Shown: positions 1 through 12,565, counted from the stretch's first letter. The stretch is 57,251 nucleotides of DNA from an uncultured Bacilli bacterium (GCA_944350415.1 CALVOY010000044.1:1-57251); one strand, 5' to 3'. A program made the numbers and translations. Notes: generated by a model from the letters alone, not told the origin.

Positions 1-43
1 ATATAATCACTTTATAGCTAGAGTTTTTCTAATTTCAGGCATG

Positions 44-68
44 ATAAAAGGATGATTTTCATCATCCT
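44..68 (-). terminator. Possible weak intrinsic terminator downstream of rnr
   Basis: 8-bp stem AGGATGAT/ATCATCCT with a 4-nt loop (49-68). On the minus strand it is followed only by a short TTTAT run. Confidence 0.35.
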
Positions 69-168
69 CATATATGTAGTTACTTGTATCAATTTAATGT
101 CTACCAACACTATTTGACAAAGAACCATAAAAATAACGAAACTATTTCTAATTATTACTCTTTTCACA

Positions 169-2316
169 CTAAATCAATTCAATTTCACTATCTCTATTTT
201 CTATTTCATCCATTTTTTTGATAATCTCAAAGTCAATAGTTTGTTCCTCTTTGGAAGCTCTAACTACTTTAATCAGAACTCTATCTCCCATAGAATATTT
301 TGTTTTCGTCTTCTCTCCCACAACAGACATACTTCTTTCATCATAATGAAAAAATTCTTTCATATCAGCCAAACGGCACAATCCTTCTATCAAATTATCT
401 AATTGAATAAAAATACCAAAGTTTGTAATACTAGACACTGTTCCTTCGAATTTCTCTCCGATATGATCTTCCATATATTCAGCCATTTTCATATCCTCTA
501 CTTCACGCTCACAATTAACAGAAGCTTTTTCACGACTGGAAGCAATCTCCGCTACAACAGGCAACTTATCTTCCCAATGTTGAATCGTTTCTAAACTCAA
601 ATCATTTTTAAACAAATAAGTACGAAGAAGCCTATGAACTGTAGTATCAGGATATCTTCGAATTGGAGAGGTAAAATGGGTATAACATTTACTTGCCAAA
701 CCATAATGACCTAAGTTTTGAGGTTTATAAACTGCTTTTTGCATACTACGAAGAAGTAAGCTAGATAAAATTTTAAATTCCTTTTTATCTTTTAAAAACT
801 CTAATAATTTTTGAACACTTTTTGGATTATTATCTTTCATATTTCCTTTATAGACATAACCTAGAGTACCAATATATGATAAAAAGTCATGAATTCTCTC
901 TTCTTTAGGAACTTCGTGAACACGATAAATAAAAGGTAGTTCCATATAAAATATATGAGTAGCAACACATTCGTTAGCTATAATCATAAAATCTTCGATT
1001 AAATTTTCACCTACTCCTCTTTCTCTAAGAACAATATCCGTTGGATGACATTTTTCATCCACTAAAATTTTAGCTTCATCCACATCAAAATCTAAGTATC
1101 CTCGAGCTAATTTGCTTTTACGCAAAATTTTAGCAAGCTCTGCCATCATTTTTAGATCATCAGCAAATTCTTCATATCCTTCTGGTACAATATTATCTTC
1201 TAAAATACTATTAACGGCTGTGTAAGTCATCTTCTTACGAGACTTTATAAAACTTTCAAAGATATCATAATGGATAATTTTACCACTATCATCAATTTCC
1301 ATAACACAAGAAATAGTAAGTCTTTCCACACCTTCATTCAAAGAACAAATACCATTGGATAGCTGATGAGGAAGCATAGGGATCACCCTATCTACCAAAT
1401 AAACACTAGTCCCTCTATCCATAGCATTAATATCCAAAGCAGAACCTTCTTTTACATAATAACTAACATCCGCAATATGAACTCCTAATTCGTAATGACC
1501 ATTTTCCAATTTTTTAATAGAAATGGCATCATCGATATCTTTAGTATCTGCACCATCTATCGTAAAAATTACTTCATTCGTTAAATCTCGTCTTCCTTTT
1601 TTATCTTCTGCTGTTACTTCACTAGGAATCTTCTTCAACTCTTCAATCACTTCATCAGGAAAAGTATCATGAATATTATACTTATAAACAATGGATAAAA
1701 TATCTACTCCTGGATCATTTTTATGTCCTAATATTTTTACTACTTCTCCACGATAAATATTATCATGTAATTGCTCTAAAAGTTTCACTTGAACTTTATG
1801 CCCATCTACTGCACCATGAATATATTCAGGATCAATCATAATATCCATTTTTAGTCTTTCTTCATCTAAGATAATATGTCCTTGATTGTTATCCAGATAA
1901 AATTCGCCTACTACAAACTCTAAGTTACGATCTAGCACTTTTAGAATTCTACCTTCTAACTTATTTTTTTCTTTTTTCCCTGTAACTTCTGCTACAACCA
2001 AATCATTGTGCAAGGCTCCATTCATATTTCCAGATTCAATATAAATATCTTCTTCATCCGGTATCTCTACAAATCCGTATCCCTTTTTATTGACTCTTAG
2101 AATTCCTTTTTTCAAAGGACCTCTATCAAATGTCATGTAATGATTTTTATTCGTTCGATAAATTGTATAATCATCACACATTTTATTAATAGTATCTTCT
2201 AATTCTCTAAATTCTTCTGCCGTTTTTAATTCCAATAAATGATCGATTTCTTCAATGCTTAAAGCTTTATTTTTTCTCTTTAATAAATCTAATATTTTTT
2301 TTTCCAAAAATATCAC
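169..2316 (-). CDS. rnr: Ribonuclease R (3'-5' exoribonuclease, RNB family)
   Basis: 715-aa ORF. RNB catalytic core motifs are present (FTIDGADTKDIDDAISI, YRVHEVP, HYGLASKCYTHFTSPIRRYPD). N-terminal cold-shock-like region and C-terminal S1-like domain (EGTVSSITNFGIFIQL). Confidence 0.92.
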   Translation of the reverse strand: MIFLEKKILDLLKRKNKALSIEEIDHLLELKTAEEFRELEDTINKMCDDYTIYRTNKNHYMTFDRGPLKKGILRVNKKGYGFVEIPDEEDIYIESGNMNGALHNDLVVAEVTGKKEKNKLEGRILKVLDRNLEFVVGEFYLDNNQGHIILDEERLKMDIMIDPEYIHGAVDGHKVQVKLLEQLHDNIYRGEVVKILGHKNDPGVDILSIVYKYNIHDTFPDEVIEELKKIPSEVTAEDKKGRRDLTNEVIFTIDGADTKDIDDAISIKKLENGHYELGVHIADVSYYVKEGSALDINAMDRGTSVYLVDRVIPMLPHQLSNGICSLNEGVERLTISCVMEIDDSGKIIHYDIFESFIKSRKKMTYTAVNSILEDNIVPEGYEEFADDLKMMAELAKILRKSKLARGYLDFDVDEAKILVDEKCHPTDIVLRERGVGENLIEDFMIIANECVATHIFYMELPFIYRVHEVPKEERIHDFLSYIGTLGYVYKGNMKDNNPKSVQKLLEFLKDKKEFKILSSLLLRSMQKAVYKPQNLGHYGLASKCYTHFTSPIRRYPDTTVHRLLRTYLFKNDLSLETIQHWEDKLPVVAEIASSREKASVNCEREVEDMKMAEYMEDHIGEKFEGTVSSITNFGIFIQLDNLIEGLCRLADMKEFFHYDERSMSVVGEKTKTKYSMGDRVLIKVVRASKEEQTIDFEIIKKMDEIENRDSEIELI

Positions 2317-2396
2317 CTTATTCTTTCTAACTATATTATAAGATAAAGTTCTTTTTTGTACAATAGAAAAAAGGAATCAAACATTCCCTTTACACT

Positions 2397-2798
2397 TTAA
2401 ATACATTTATCATATAATCCTATTGCAGGTCTATTCTCATAATAAGTAGCATCTGGCCTAAAATATTTAAATTCTTTAAAAGACTGACAATAATGAATGG
2501 TATCTAATAAAACAGTTTCTCCCAAACTATTCCTACGATATTCCAGTAAGATTCCAAACCAATCTAACCAAAGAGTTTCAGAGTCATAATCTTCTATATA
2601 GGTACCTGTAATCCCTATTCAATCATTTCCGAAATAAATTAAAAAACAAGTATCATAAAGAGTAGGAATCATTACCTTATCATAAAAGCACTGATAGTCA
2701 GGATCCTCTATCCAAATATTTTTCTAGATTTGATAAGCCGATTCAAAATTGAATGAATTCATTTTTACATATTGAATTCTTTGATCACTGGATTTCAT
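2397..2798 (-). pseudogene. GNAT-family N-acetyltransferase-like gene interrupted by two in-frame stop codons
   Basis: Manual translation of the minus strand gives one 134-codon frame: MKSSDQRIQYVKMNSFNFESAYQI*KNIWIEDPDYQCFYDKVMIPTLYDTCFLIYFGND*IGITGTYIEDYDSETLWLDWFGILLEYRRNSLGETVLLDTIHYCQSFKEFKYFRPDATYYENRPAIGLYDKCI*. The internal stops are TAG (2724-2726) and TGA (2619-2621). The ORF track lists nothing here. Confidence 0.6.
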
Positions 2799-2814
2799 AC
2801 TATCATACTACATT

Positions 2815-3030
2815 TTAAATAAACTCCATAATAAAGCTGATAATAAAGAAAGCCATTCCAAGAACAAAAGTAATTCTAGTAATTACTAATTCGCTACCTC
2901 TTTCTTTACGATTAGAAAATAAATCTGAGTTCCCTCCACTAATAATTTGTGCTCCACTTTCTGCTTTATTACTTTGTAGTAACACAATTACAATTAATAA
3001 AATTGAAATAATTAATAATGCTGTTTGCAT
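2815..3030 (-). CDS. secG: Preprotein translocase subunit SecG
   Basis: 71-aa protein with two TM segments and the typical SecG N-terminus (LLIISILLIVIVLLQ). It lies next to rnr, as in many Firmicutes. Confidence 0.8.
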   Translation of the reverse strand: MQTALLIISILLIVIVLLQSNKAESGAQIISGGNSDLFSNRKERGSELVITRITFVLGMAFFIISFIMEFI

Positions 3031-3105
3031 AGAATCCCTCCGTAACTATCAACTATTTTAACATAGAACCATTATGAAATCAACTAACCATAATATATTT
3101 TTCCA

Positions 3106-3657
3106 CTACTGATAGCGCTTCAAAGTCTTTTCATATTTAGAGCCTCCATCTGGAGTTCCTAAGAAATCTACTATATTCTTCAATTTACGATTTTGGTAGC
3201 CTTCTAACATGATAAATTGTTCCTTATTTTCCACCATATGATTATAAAAGATATGTCCTCTATCTCCTATTAAAGATTTAGAAATATTAGCTTTACAAAT
3301 AATTTCCTCCTCACTATAAATAGATCGATCTAAAACCATAATACTACATTGACCAGCAGGAAATTCTTTATATGGGCCAATAGAAGAAAATGTTCCATTA
3401 TAATGAAGAACATCTTTCTCACAATAGAATCTTGAAATAAAATTATCGCAGCCATAAAACAAATCCATTATCCTATCTGGAAAATAAATACCAAAAACAA
3501 ATCCAATCTCCTCTTTGCCAGAATGAAAGCTTTCTTCTTTCATAAATCCTTCAACCCAACCATTTTTTTGCACTAAAATGGAACTTCTAGAAAGATAATA
3601 ATGTTTAGAAGCAGTATGATTTTGCTCCCAATAAATACTAAGATCTTTTAAATGCAT
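3106..3657 (-). CDS. Hypothetical cytoplasmic protein (no recognisable family)
   Basis: Long ORF. I place the start at the internal ATG (MHLKDLSIYW...) because AGAGGTG lies 8 nt upstream of it. No TM segment or motif recognised. Confidence 0.55.
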   Translation of the reverse strand: MHLKDLSIYWEQNHTASKHYYLSRSSILVQKNGWVEGFMKEESFHSGKEEIGFVFGIYFPDRIMDLFYGCDNFISRFYCEKDVLHYNGTFSSIGPYKEFPAGQCSIMVLDRSIYSEEEIICKANISKSLIGDRGHIFYNHMVENKEQFIMLEGYQNRKLKNIVDFLGTPDGGSKYEKTLKRYQ

Positions 3658-3685
3658 AAAAGCATCACCTCTTATCATTAGAATA

Positions 3686-4150
3686 TCACATATTTAAAAA
3701 TACAACAAATATATTTAAAACAGCAGCAAACAATAACCATAATAGATAAGGAACCTGTAAATAAGCACTTAATTTAGAAAAAAAGAAAAATTTACGAATC
3801 ATAATAACTACAAAACCAATTAGTAATAAAAGCCAAATAAAAGCTAAGAAATAGAATCGAAATACAAAAAACCAAATACTCCAAAATAAATTAATTCCTA
3901 GTTGAATAGCATAAATAAACAAGGCATCATTTTTTTTACTAGATTCACTTTGAATAATTAAATAACACGAGACCCCCATTAAAATATAGAGAATCGTCCA
4001 TACAGTAGGAAAAATCCAAGCAGGAGGTGCGAAAAAAGGAAGATTTAGTTCATAATAATGATTAAAAGAGGCAGTTAAAAAGCCAATAAAACTTCCTAAA
4101 AAAACGGGGATTAGAATACTAAAAAGTAAGGTCTTATAATCTATTTTCAT
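3686..4150 (-). CDS. tspO: TspO/MBR family tryptophan-rich sensory protein
   Basis: 154 aa with five hydrophobic segments. Contains TspO-type Trp-rich motifs (PPAWIFPTVWTILYILMG, LFWSIWFF). Confidence 0.8.
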   Translation of the reverse strand: MKIDYKTLLFSILIPVFLGSFIGFLTASFNHYYELNLPFFAPPAWIFPTVWTILYILMGVSCYLIIQSESSKKNDALFIYAIQLGINLFWSIWFFVFRFYFLAFIWLLLLIGFVVIMIRKFFFFSKLSAYLQVPYLLWLLFAAVLNIFVVFLNM

Positions 4151-4197
4151 AATACCACCTATTAAAGTATATGAAAAAAAGAAGTAGTCATTACTCC

Positions 4198-4557
4198 CTA
4201 ATAATTTTCTACTTCTTCATATTGAAATAATTCTTGATATTTACGACATCTAGATAATAATTCTGAATGTGTTCCAATATCTAGAATTCTTCCTTCATCT
4301 ACAACCACGATTTTATCACAATGAACAACAGTAGATAGACGATGAACAATAATTAAAATTGTTTTATCTCTATCTAATCCATAGATTGCTTTCTGTACTT
4401 GATTTTGAGTAATATTATCTAAGGCACTAATAGCTTCATCAAAAAGCAGAATCTTACTTTTCTTAAGTAAACTTCTAGCAATCGCAAGCCTTCGCTTTTC
4501 TCCACCAGATAAAACAACTCCCCTCTCCCTAGCATTTTTGTCAATAGTTAGGACAAT
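4198..4557 (-). pseudogene. 3' remnant of an ABC exporter ATP-binding domain (no Walker A, no membrane domain, no start codon)
   Basis: Manual translation: IVLTIDKNARERGVVLSGGEKRRLAIARSLLKKSKILLFDEAISALDNITQNQVQKAIYGLDRDKTILIIVHRLSTVVHCDKIVVVDEGRILDIGTHSELLSRCRKYQELFQYEEVENY*. The ABC signature LSGGEKRR, Walker B ILLFDEA and H-loop VHR are present. The frame is closed by TAA at 4558-4560, only 40 nt from the eno stop. Confidence 0.75.
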
Positions 4558-4600
4558 TTATCTTTGATTATATGAAATTTTAATTACAAAAAAAGAAGAA

Positions 4601-5839
<1,239 letters not shown>

Positions 5840-5887
5840 TCATTTCCTTTCTTATTAAAATCTAACAAATATATCTTTGCTTCATTA

Positions 5888-7240
5888 TTATTTCTTCAAT
5901 TCGTATGCATATTTCTTAAACTCAGCACCACGTTCTTCACATTCTTTATACTGATCCCAAGAAGCACTAGCAGGACTTAGCAATATTATATCACCCTCTT
6001 TACTAATACTCCAAGCCATTTCAAAAGCATCTTTTAAAAACTCATACTGATAAGTTGGTATTCCCATTTTATCTCCAAAATCTTTTACTCTTTTTCTACA
6101 AGTACCAATTGCCATAATTGCTTTTACATTTCCAACATAATCAGAAAGTTCATTAAAATCCTGCCCTCTTTCATATCCACCTAAGAATAAAATAATTGGT
6201 TGTTGAAACGAAGATAATGCTATTTGACAACACTGAATATTCGTAGCTTCGGTATCATTATAGAATTTTCTACCATCCACCTCACAAACAAACTCTAATC
6301 TATGTTCTACACCACCAAAATCTTTCAAAACTTTTATGATTGCCTCATTACTAACACCTATTTGTTTTACCACAAGAATAGCCGCCATAATATTTTCATA
6401 ATTATGATTTCCAATTAGTTTAATTTGATCTAAATCAACAATTTTTTCATCATAATAATAAATTGCCTGATCTTGAATATAAGCACCATTAATTGGATTC
6501 TTACTAGAGAAATATTGAACTGTTGACTTTATATTTTTTACTAAAGTCAAAGCTTCCTCATTTTCCATATTGGTAATCGCAATATCATCACTTGTTTGAT
6601 TATTAAAAATACGACTCTTTACTTCTTTATAATGCTCATAAGTTTTCATAAATTCAATATGGGCTTCACTAATATTAGTTAGCACCGCAATATGAGGATG
6701 ATACTCTTTTACATTTTCCAGCTGTTGACAACTAATTTCATCAACAATAATATCATTATCTTCTAACTTATCTAAAAAACTACATAAAGGATACCCAATA
6801 TTACCAGCCAAATGAACTCTATAACCATCTTCTTTCATAAAATTATAAATTAATGTTGTGGTAGTAGTTTTACCATTCGTACCCGTAATACCAATTAATT
6901 TAATATTTTTATCTTTAGGAAGAAGACGATAAGACATCTCAGTTTCATTGATTACTTCTATCCCAAGTTCTTTAGCTTTTAACACATATTTATGATCAAT
7001 AGGAATCCCAGGATTCTTAATCAAATATTGAAAACTATTATCCAATAAATCATCAGGATGGGATCCAAAAATAAACTCAACTCCTAAATCTCGTAATTCC
7101 TGAATTTTTTCCAAATCATGTTTATCTTCTTCTTTTCCATCATTAACAATTACTGTATTACCCCGTGCTATCAAAACCTTAGCAACTTCATATCCACTTC
7201 TAGCAAAACCCAAAACCAATATTTTACTATTTTCAAACAT
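5888..7240 (-). CDS. murD: UDP-N-acetylmuramoylalanine--D-glutamate ligase MurD
   Basis: Mur ligase P-loop GITGTNGKTTTTTLI and MurD-type N-terminal Rossmann segment (ILVLGFARSGYEVAKVL). Start moved to ATG 7240 (MFENSK...), which sits behind AGGTGA. Confidence 0.9.
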   Translation of the reverse strand: MFENSKILVLGFARSGYEVAKVLIARGNTVIVNDGKEEDKHDLEKIQELRDLGVEFIFGSHPDDLLDNSFQYLIKNPGIPIDHKYVLKAKELGIEVINETEMSYRLLPKDKNIKLIGITGTNGKTTTTTLIYNFMKEDGYRVHLAGNIGYPLCSFLDKLEDNDIIVDEISCQQLENVKEYHPHIAVLTNISEAHIEFMKTYEHYKEVKSRIFNNQTSDDIAITNMENEEALTLVKNIKSTVQYFSSKNPINGAYIQDQAIYYYDEKIVDLDQIKLIGNHNYENIMAAILVVKQIGVSNEAIIKVLKDFGGVEHRLEFVCEVDGRKFYNDTEATNIQCCQIALSSFQQPIILFLGGYERGQDFNELSDYVGNVKAIMAIGTCRKRVKDFGDKMGIPTYQYEFLKDAFEMAWSISKEGDIILLSPASASWDQYKECEERGAEFKKYAYELKK

Positions 7241-7337
7241 TATCATCACCTATTATTCATTATACTATATTTTTCCCCAGATTTGCGAAAAATAAAAAAA
7301 TATGATATAATAACATCCATTATCAAAAGGGGAGATT

Positions 7338-8594
7338 ATGATGAAAATTATTACATTGTCAGAAGAACAATTTAATCGATTCAGTGAGAATCATCGATAT
7401 GGCAATCTTTATCAAACCACTAACTATGCAAAAGTAATGAAACAAGAAGGATTTCACTATCACTTATTGGGATTTACGAATAACAGCAATGAACTAATCG
7501 GAGCCACTATGGTCCTTTTTAAAAAAACATTTCTAAACTATAAAGTAGCATATGCTCCCTTTGGCTTTCTAATAGATTATTCCAACAATGATTTAATAGA
7601 AGAGCTAACAAACAAATTAAAGAAATTATTAATCAAACAAAAATTTATTTATTTAAAGATGAACCCTAGAATTTATTGTTCGGAAAGAGATAGAAAAGGA
7701 AATATTCTTTCTTATAATCCTGAAACGAATGATATTTTAGAAATATTGCAACGAAATGGATATATTCATAACGGTTTTAATAATTTTTTTGAAAATCAAA
7801 AGCCGCGTTGGAATGCAGTTCTAAGATTAACTGCCTCTAATGAACGGCTATATAAAAATCTAAGTAAGCAAACTCGAAATAAAATTAGTAAAGCAACAAG
7901 AAAGGGAGTAGAAATCTATGAGGGAACTGAAAAAGATTTAGACATATTATATGAATTTATCAAAAAGAAACATAATCGAAGTTTAAAATACTATAAAAAT
8001 GTTCTGAAAGAATTCCATGAAGATGCCAAAATTTATTTAGCCAAAATCAATACGCAAAGCTATGTTAAAAAAAGCAAAGAAGAATATGAAGCAGAATTAA
8101 AAATGAATGAGCAAATGAATGAAAATCTACAAAAGGCTAGTAGAAGAGGAAAAGATATTACGCGAATTATTAACAAAAAGATGGAATCAGATAAAAGATT
8201 GACTAAATGTCAAAACAATCTAGTGCAAGCTACTAATTATTTTAGTAACTATCCAGATGGACTTATCATTGGTGGATTATTAGCAATCAAATATCAAAAT
8301 GGAATGAATTTGATAATCGAAGGTTTTGATCCAAAATATAGAAGTTTTAATCCAAACTACTTACTAAAATGGGAAATAATCAAAAAACTAAATTTAGAAG
8401 AATATAAATATTTTAATTTAAATGGTATTGTAGGTGAATTTAAAGAAAAGAATAAGTATTCTGGACTAAATGAGATGAAACTAGGATACAATGCCAGCGC
8501 TATGGAATATATTGGAGAATTTGATTTAATTATCAATAAAACAGTATACAATCTCTATCAAACAAAATCAGAAAAAAGTAAGAAAGAAAAATAA
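7338..8594 (+). CDS. FemAB-family peptidoglycan interpeptide-bridge aminoacyltransferase (FemX/MurM-like)
   Basis: 418 aa with the FemAB layout: N-terminal domain (FNRFSENHRYGNLYQTTNYAKV), a central Lys/Glu-rich coiled-coil arm, and C-terminal KYRSFNPNYLLKWEII. It is divergent from murD. Confidence 0.8.
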   Translation: MMKIITLSEEQFNRFSENHRYGNLYQTTNYAKVMKQEGFHYHLLGFTNNSNELIGATMVLFKKTFLNYKVAYAPFGFLIDYSNNDLIEELTNKLKKLLIKQKFIYLKMNPRIYCSERDRKGNILSYNPETNDILEILQRNGYIHNGFNNFFENQKPRWNAVLRLTASNERLYKNLSKQTRNKISKATRKGVEIYEGTEKDLDILYEFIKKKHNRSLKYYKNVLKEFHEDAKIYLAKINTQSYVKKSKEEYEAELKMNEQMNENLQKASRRGKDITRIINKKMESDKRLTKCQNNLVQATNYFSNYPDGLIIGGLLAIKYQNGMNLIIEGFDPKYRSFNPNYLLKWEIIKKLNLEEYKYFNLNGIVGEFKEKNKYSGLNEMKLGYNASAMEYIGEFDLIINKTVYNLYQTKSEKSKKEK

Positions 8595-8615
8595 TTCTCT
8601 CTTACTTTTTTTAAC

Positions 8616-8650
8616 AAAAAAATCCTAAGTATTCTTAGGATTTTAGTTTT
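8616..8650. terminator. Bidirectional intrinsic terminator between the convergent femX-like gene and tuf
   Basis: Hairpin AAATCCTAAG-TATT-CTTAGGATTT, flanked by an A-run on one side and a T-run on the other. Confidence 0.7.
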
Positions 8651-8667
8651 ATCTTAAATATAGTGAA

Positions 8668-9837
8668 TTAAGCATCAATCTTGCTAACAGAACCAGCACC
8701 AACAGTACGTCCACCTTCACGGATAGAGAATTTTGTACCTTGTTCTAGTGCAATTGGATGAATTAATTCAACTGTCATACTTATGTTATCACCTGGCATA
8801 ACCATTTCAACACCAGCAGGAAGTGTAATAACTCCTGTTACATCTGTTGTTCTGAAATAGAATTGAGGACGATAGTTTGCAAAGAATGGAGTATGACGTC
8901 CACCTTCTTCTTTACTAAGTACATAAACTTCTGCTTCGAACTTAGTATGTGGTGTAACAGTTCCTGGTTTAGCAAGTACTTGACCACGTTCTACTTGCTC
9001 ACGAGAAATACCACGAAGTAATACTCCAGCATTATCTCCAGCTTGAGCAAAGTCTAATTGTTTACGGAACATTTCAATTCCTGTAACAACTGTTTTTTGA
9101 GTAGGACGAATACCAACGATTTCAACTTCATCATTAAGTTTTAATTGTCCACGTTCAACACGTCCAGTAACAACAGTTCCACGTCCAGTAATTGTAAATA
9201 CATCTTCAATACTCATTAAGAATGGTTTATCAGTATCACGTACTGGAGTTGGAATCCACTCGTCAACTGCATCCATTAATTGCTTAATAGATTCTACATA
9301 TTTAGGATCTCCTTCAAGAGCTTTTAAAGCTGATCCACGAATAATTGGAGTATCGTCACCTTCAAATCCGTATTCATTTAATAAATCACGAACTTCCATT
9401 TCAACTAACTCTAATAATTCTTCATCGTCAACCATATCACATTTATTTAAGAACACTACCATTCTTGGTACACCAACTTGACGAGCAAGTAAGATGTGTT
9501 CACGAGTTTGTGCCATAGGTCCATCAGTAGCAGCAATAACTAAGATTGCACCATCCATTTGTGCTGCACCAGTAATCATGTTTTTAACATAGTCAGCATG
9601 TCCTGGACAGTCTACATGAGCATAATGACGATTAGCTGTTTCATACTCAACATGAGCAGTATTAATAGTAATACCTCTTTCTCTTTCTTCAGGTGCTTTG
9701 TCAATATCCTCGAATTTAACTTCTGCATTTAATACTTTAGTAATAGCAGCAGTTGTAGTAGTTTTACCATGGTCAACGTGACCAATTGTTCCTACATTAA
9801 CATGTGGTTTTGTACGATCAAATTTTTCTTTTGCCAT
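8668..9837 (-). CDS. tuf: Elongation factor Tu
   Basis: [17 protein letters not shown] and NKCD GTPase motifs. Full-length 389 aa. Confidence 0.98.
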   Translation of the reverse strand: MAKEKFDRTKPHVNVGTIGHVDHGKTTTTAAITKVLNAEVKFEDIDKAPEERERGITINTAHVEYETANRHYAHVDCPGHADYVKNMITGAAQMDGAILVIAATDGPMAQTREHILLARQVGVPRMVVFLNKCDMVDDEELLELVEMEVRDLLNEYGFEGDDTPIIRGSALKALEGDPKYVESIKQLMDAVDEWIPTPVRDTDKPFLMSIEDVFTITGRGTVVTGRVERGQLKLNDEVEIVGIRPTQKTVVTGIEMFRKQLDFAQAGDNAGVLLRGISREQVERGQVLAKPGTVTPHTKFEAEVYVLSKEEGGRHTPFFANYRPQFYFRTTDVTGVITLPAGVEMVMPGDNISMTVELIHPIALEQGTKFSIREGGRTVGAGSVSKIDA

Positions 9838-9977
9838 GTTTCATTTCCTCCTTTTAATTTATACATATTATATTTTATCTAACAATTGAATATTTTTCAA
9901 CTGTTTTGATACTTTTTTTAGTTTCTGACAAAATATCTATAACAACAAGATACAATTCAGTATCTTGTTATTATTTT

Positions 9978-12047
9978 TTAATTACCGCTCTTTTTAATAA
10001 TTTCTTCAGCGATATTTTTAGGTACTTCTTCATAATGATCAAATACCATAACGAAGTTTCCACGTCCTTGTGTATTAGAACGTAAACTTGTAGCATATCC
10101 AAACATTTCAGAAAGTGGTACCATAGCATCTAATCTAACAGCATTGCCAACACTTTCTTGACCAAGTGGACGTCCACGACGACTAGTTAAGTCACCCATA
10201 ACATTACCAAAATATTCATCTGGTGTTGTTACTTCTACTTTCATAATTGGTTCAAGAAGTACAGGTTTACATTTGTTCTTAGCTTCTTTTAAAGCAAAGC
10301 TAGCAGCAATCTTAAATGCCATTTCATTAGAGTCTACATCATGATAAGATCCATCAAATAATGTAGCTTTAACATCAATCATAGGATATCCTGCTAATAC
10401 TCCGGTTTGTAAAGCTTCTTGTAAGCCCTTATCTACAACTGGAATATATTCACGAGGAACAACACCACCAACGATTGCATCGACAAATTCATATCCTTTA
10501 TCAGGATTTGGTTCAAACTTAACCCATACATGACCATATTGTCCACGTCCACCAGATTGTTTGATATATTTACCTTCACAATCAGCAGCCTGACGAAGTG
10601 TTTCACGATAAGCTACTTGTGGTTTACCAATATTGGCTTCTACTTGGAATTCATCTTTCATTCTTGTAACAAGTACATCTAGATGTAACTCACCCATACC
10701 AGCAATTACTGTTTGCCCAGTTTCTTGATCTGTATGTACTCTAAATGTTGGATCCTCTTCTGCTAATTTTTGTAAAGCAACACCCATTTTTTCTTGATCT
10801 GCTTTTGTTTTTGGTTCAACAGCTACTTCAATAACTGGTTCTGGGAATTCCATAGATTCCAAAATTACAGGTTTCTTTTCATCACATAAGGTATCACCAG
10901 TTGTTGTATTCTTAAGTCCAACAATAGCAGCAATATCTCCAGTATATACATCTGTAATTTCTGTTCTATTATTTGCATGCATTAAAAGCAAACGCCCAAC
11001 ACGCTCTTTCGTATCCTTAGTTGAGTTTAATACATAAGAACCACTGGATAAGTGTCCAGAATAAACTCTAAAGAATGTTAAACGTCCAACGAATGGATCG
11101 GTCATAACTTTAAATGCCAATGCACTAAATGGTTCATTATCAGATGGATGTCTAACTGCTGGATTACCATCCAAATCAGTTCCTTCAATAGAAGCAATAT
11201 CTGTAGGAGCAGGTAAATAGTCAATAACAGCATCTAGTAATAATTTAATACCTTTGTTTCCTAAAGCTGTTCCACACATAACTGGGAAAAACTTAACAGC
11301 AAGCGTACCTGTACGGATTGCTCTTTTGATCATATCAACAGTTACTTCTCCACCATCTAGATAAGTTTCCATTAATTCATCATCATATTCAGCAACAGCT
11401 TCCACAAGTTCATTGTGTTTTTCTTCCGCAATCGCTTTAAGATCTTCAGGAATTTCAATTTCTTTTGATTCTTCTTCTTGATTGCCATCGTATTCATAAG
11501 CTTTCATAGTAACAAGATCAATAACACCACGGAACTCACTTTCAGCACCAATTGGCCATTCAATAGGTTTTGCATTAACACCTAAACGAGATGCAATCGT
11601 ACCTAAAGTATATTCAAAGTTAGCACCCATTTTGTCCATCTTGTTAGCGAAAATAATACGTGGTACAGAAAATTCTGTAGCTTGACGCCAAACTGTTTCT
11701 GTTTGTGGTTCAACCCCCGCTTGTGAATCTAGTAATGCTACTGCACCATCTAGTACTCTTAAACTACGACTAACTTCAACTGTGAAGTCTACATGCCCTG
11801 GAGTATCGATAATATTCATACGATATCCTTTCCAATAGGCAGTCGTTGCTGCAGAAGTGATAGTAATACCACGTTCTTGTTCTTGTTTCATCCAGTCCAT
11901 TTGGCTAGCACCATCATGGGTTTCACCAATTTTATGAATCTTTTTCGTATGGAATAAGACACGCTCAGTAGTAGTTGTTTTTCCTGCATCGATATGTGCC
12001 ATAATTCCAAAATTTCTTGTCTTTTCTAACGACGTTTCACGAGCCAT
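9978..12047 (-). CDS. fusA: Elongation factor G
   Basis: [20 protein letters not shown] and NKMD motifs. 689 aa. Sits in the str-operon position. Confidence 0.98.
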   Translation of the reverse strand: MARETSLEKTRNFGIMAHIDAGKTTTTERVLFHTKKIHKIGETHDGASQMDWMKQEQERGITITSAATTAYWKGYRMNIIDTPGHVDFTVEVSRSLRVLDGAVALLDSQAGVEPQTETVWRQATEFSVPRIIFANKMDKMGANFEYTLGTIASRLGVNAKPIEWPIGAESEFRGVIDLVTMKAYEYDGNQEEESKEIEIPEDLKAIAEEKHNELVEAVAEYDDELMETYLDGGEVTVDMIKRAIRTGTLAVKFFPVMCGTALGNKGIKLLLDAVIDYLPAPTDIASIEGTDLDGNPAVRHPSDNEPFSALAFKVMTDPFVGRLTFFRVYSGHLSSGSYVLNSTKDTKERVGRLLLMHANNRTEITDVYTGDIAAIVGLKNTTTGDTLCDEKKPVILESMEFPEPVIEVAVEPKTKADQEKMGVALQKLAEEDPTFRVHTDQETGQTVIAGMGELHLDVLVTRMKDEFQVEANIGKPQVAYRETLRQAADCEGKYIKQSGGRGQYGHVWVKFEPNPDKGYEFVDAIVGGVVPREYIPVVDKGLQEALQTGVLAGYPMIDVKATLFDGSYHDVDSNEMAFKIAASFALKEAKNKCKPVLLEPIMKVEVTTPDEYFGNVMGDLTSRRGRPLGQESVGNAVRLDAMVPLSEMFGYATSLRSNTQGRGNFVMVFDHYEEVPKNIAEEIIKKSGN

Positions 12048-12061
12048 ATTCTAATCCTTTC

Positions 12062-12529
12062 CTACCAACGATAATGTGCAAATGCTTTGTTAGCTTCTGC
12101 CATTCTATGGGTATCTTCACGTTTTTTAACTGCTGCTCCAGTTCCATTGGAAGCATCAATAATTTCATTAGCAAGATTTTCAGCCATTCCTTTTCCGCCT
12201 CTAAGTCTTGCATAATTAACCAACCAACGAAGCCCTAAAGCTTGACTTCTTTCAGGACTAACTTCAATTGGAACTTGATAGTTAGATCCACCAACACGAC
12301 GAGATTTTACTTCAAGTAATGGTTTAATATTCTCTAATGCTTTATTAAAAACATCTAGTGGATTTTCTCCAGTTTTTTCTTTAATCATATCAAAAGCATC
12401 ATATAAAATAGTTTGAGCTTTTCCTTTTTTACCACCAATCATCATACGATTAATTAATTTTGTAACAACTTTTGAATTGTATATAGGATCTGCTAAAACA
12501 TCTCTTTTAACTGCTTGTCTTTTACGCAT
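12062..12529 (-). CDS. rpsG: 30S ribosomal protein S7
   Basis: 155 aa. Canonical S7 sequence ending KAFAHYRW. Confidence 0.97.
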   Translation of the reverse strand: MRKRQAVKRDVLADPIYNSKVVTKLINRMMIGGKKGKAQTILYDAFDMIKEKTGENPLDVFNKALENIKPLLEVKSRRVGGSNYQVPIEVSPERSQALGLRWLVNYARLRGGKGMAENLANEIIDASNGTGAAVKKREDTHRMAEANKAFAHYRW

Positions 12530-12565
12530 GATTATATCCTCCCTTCACAATGATTATTTCTTATT

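Noticed and set aside
403-594. Short ORFs antisense to long conserved genes. These are 403-594, 7118-7375, 8357-8551, 12017-12238, 13773-13985, 15247-15450, 15584-15796, 16434-16697, 17794-18033, 24558-24803, 26586-26777, 27632-27817, 27958-28194, 28722-28910, 31951-32307, 40252-40719, 41560-41748, 42467-42679, 45350-45553 and 46282-46470.
   Set aside because: Each lies wholly inside, or largely overlaps, a confidently identified gene on the other strand or in another frame. They have low-complexity or odd composition and no RBS. They are typical shadow ORFs of AT-rich DNA.
2619-2729. Possibility that the in-frame TGA and TAG in the GNAT-like gene indicate an alternative genetic code (for example TGA read as Trp, as in Mollicutes).
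   Set aside because: Conserved genes across the window are full length under the standard code and end at TAG, TAA or TGA where expected. Two different stop codons would both need reassignment. A pseudogene is the simpler explanation.
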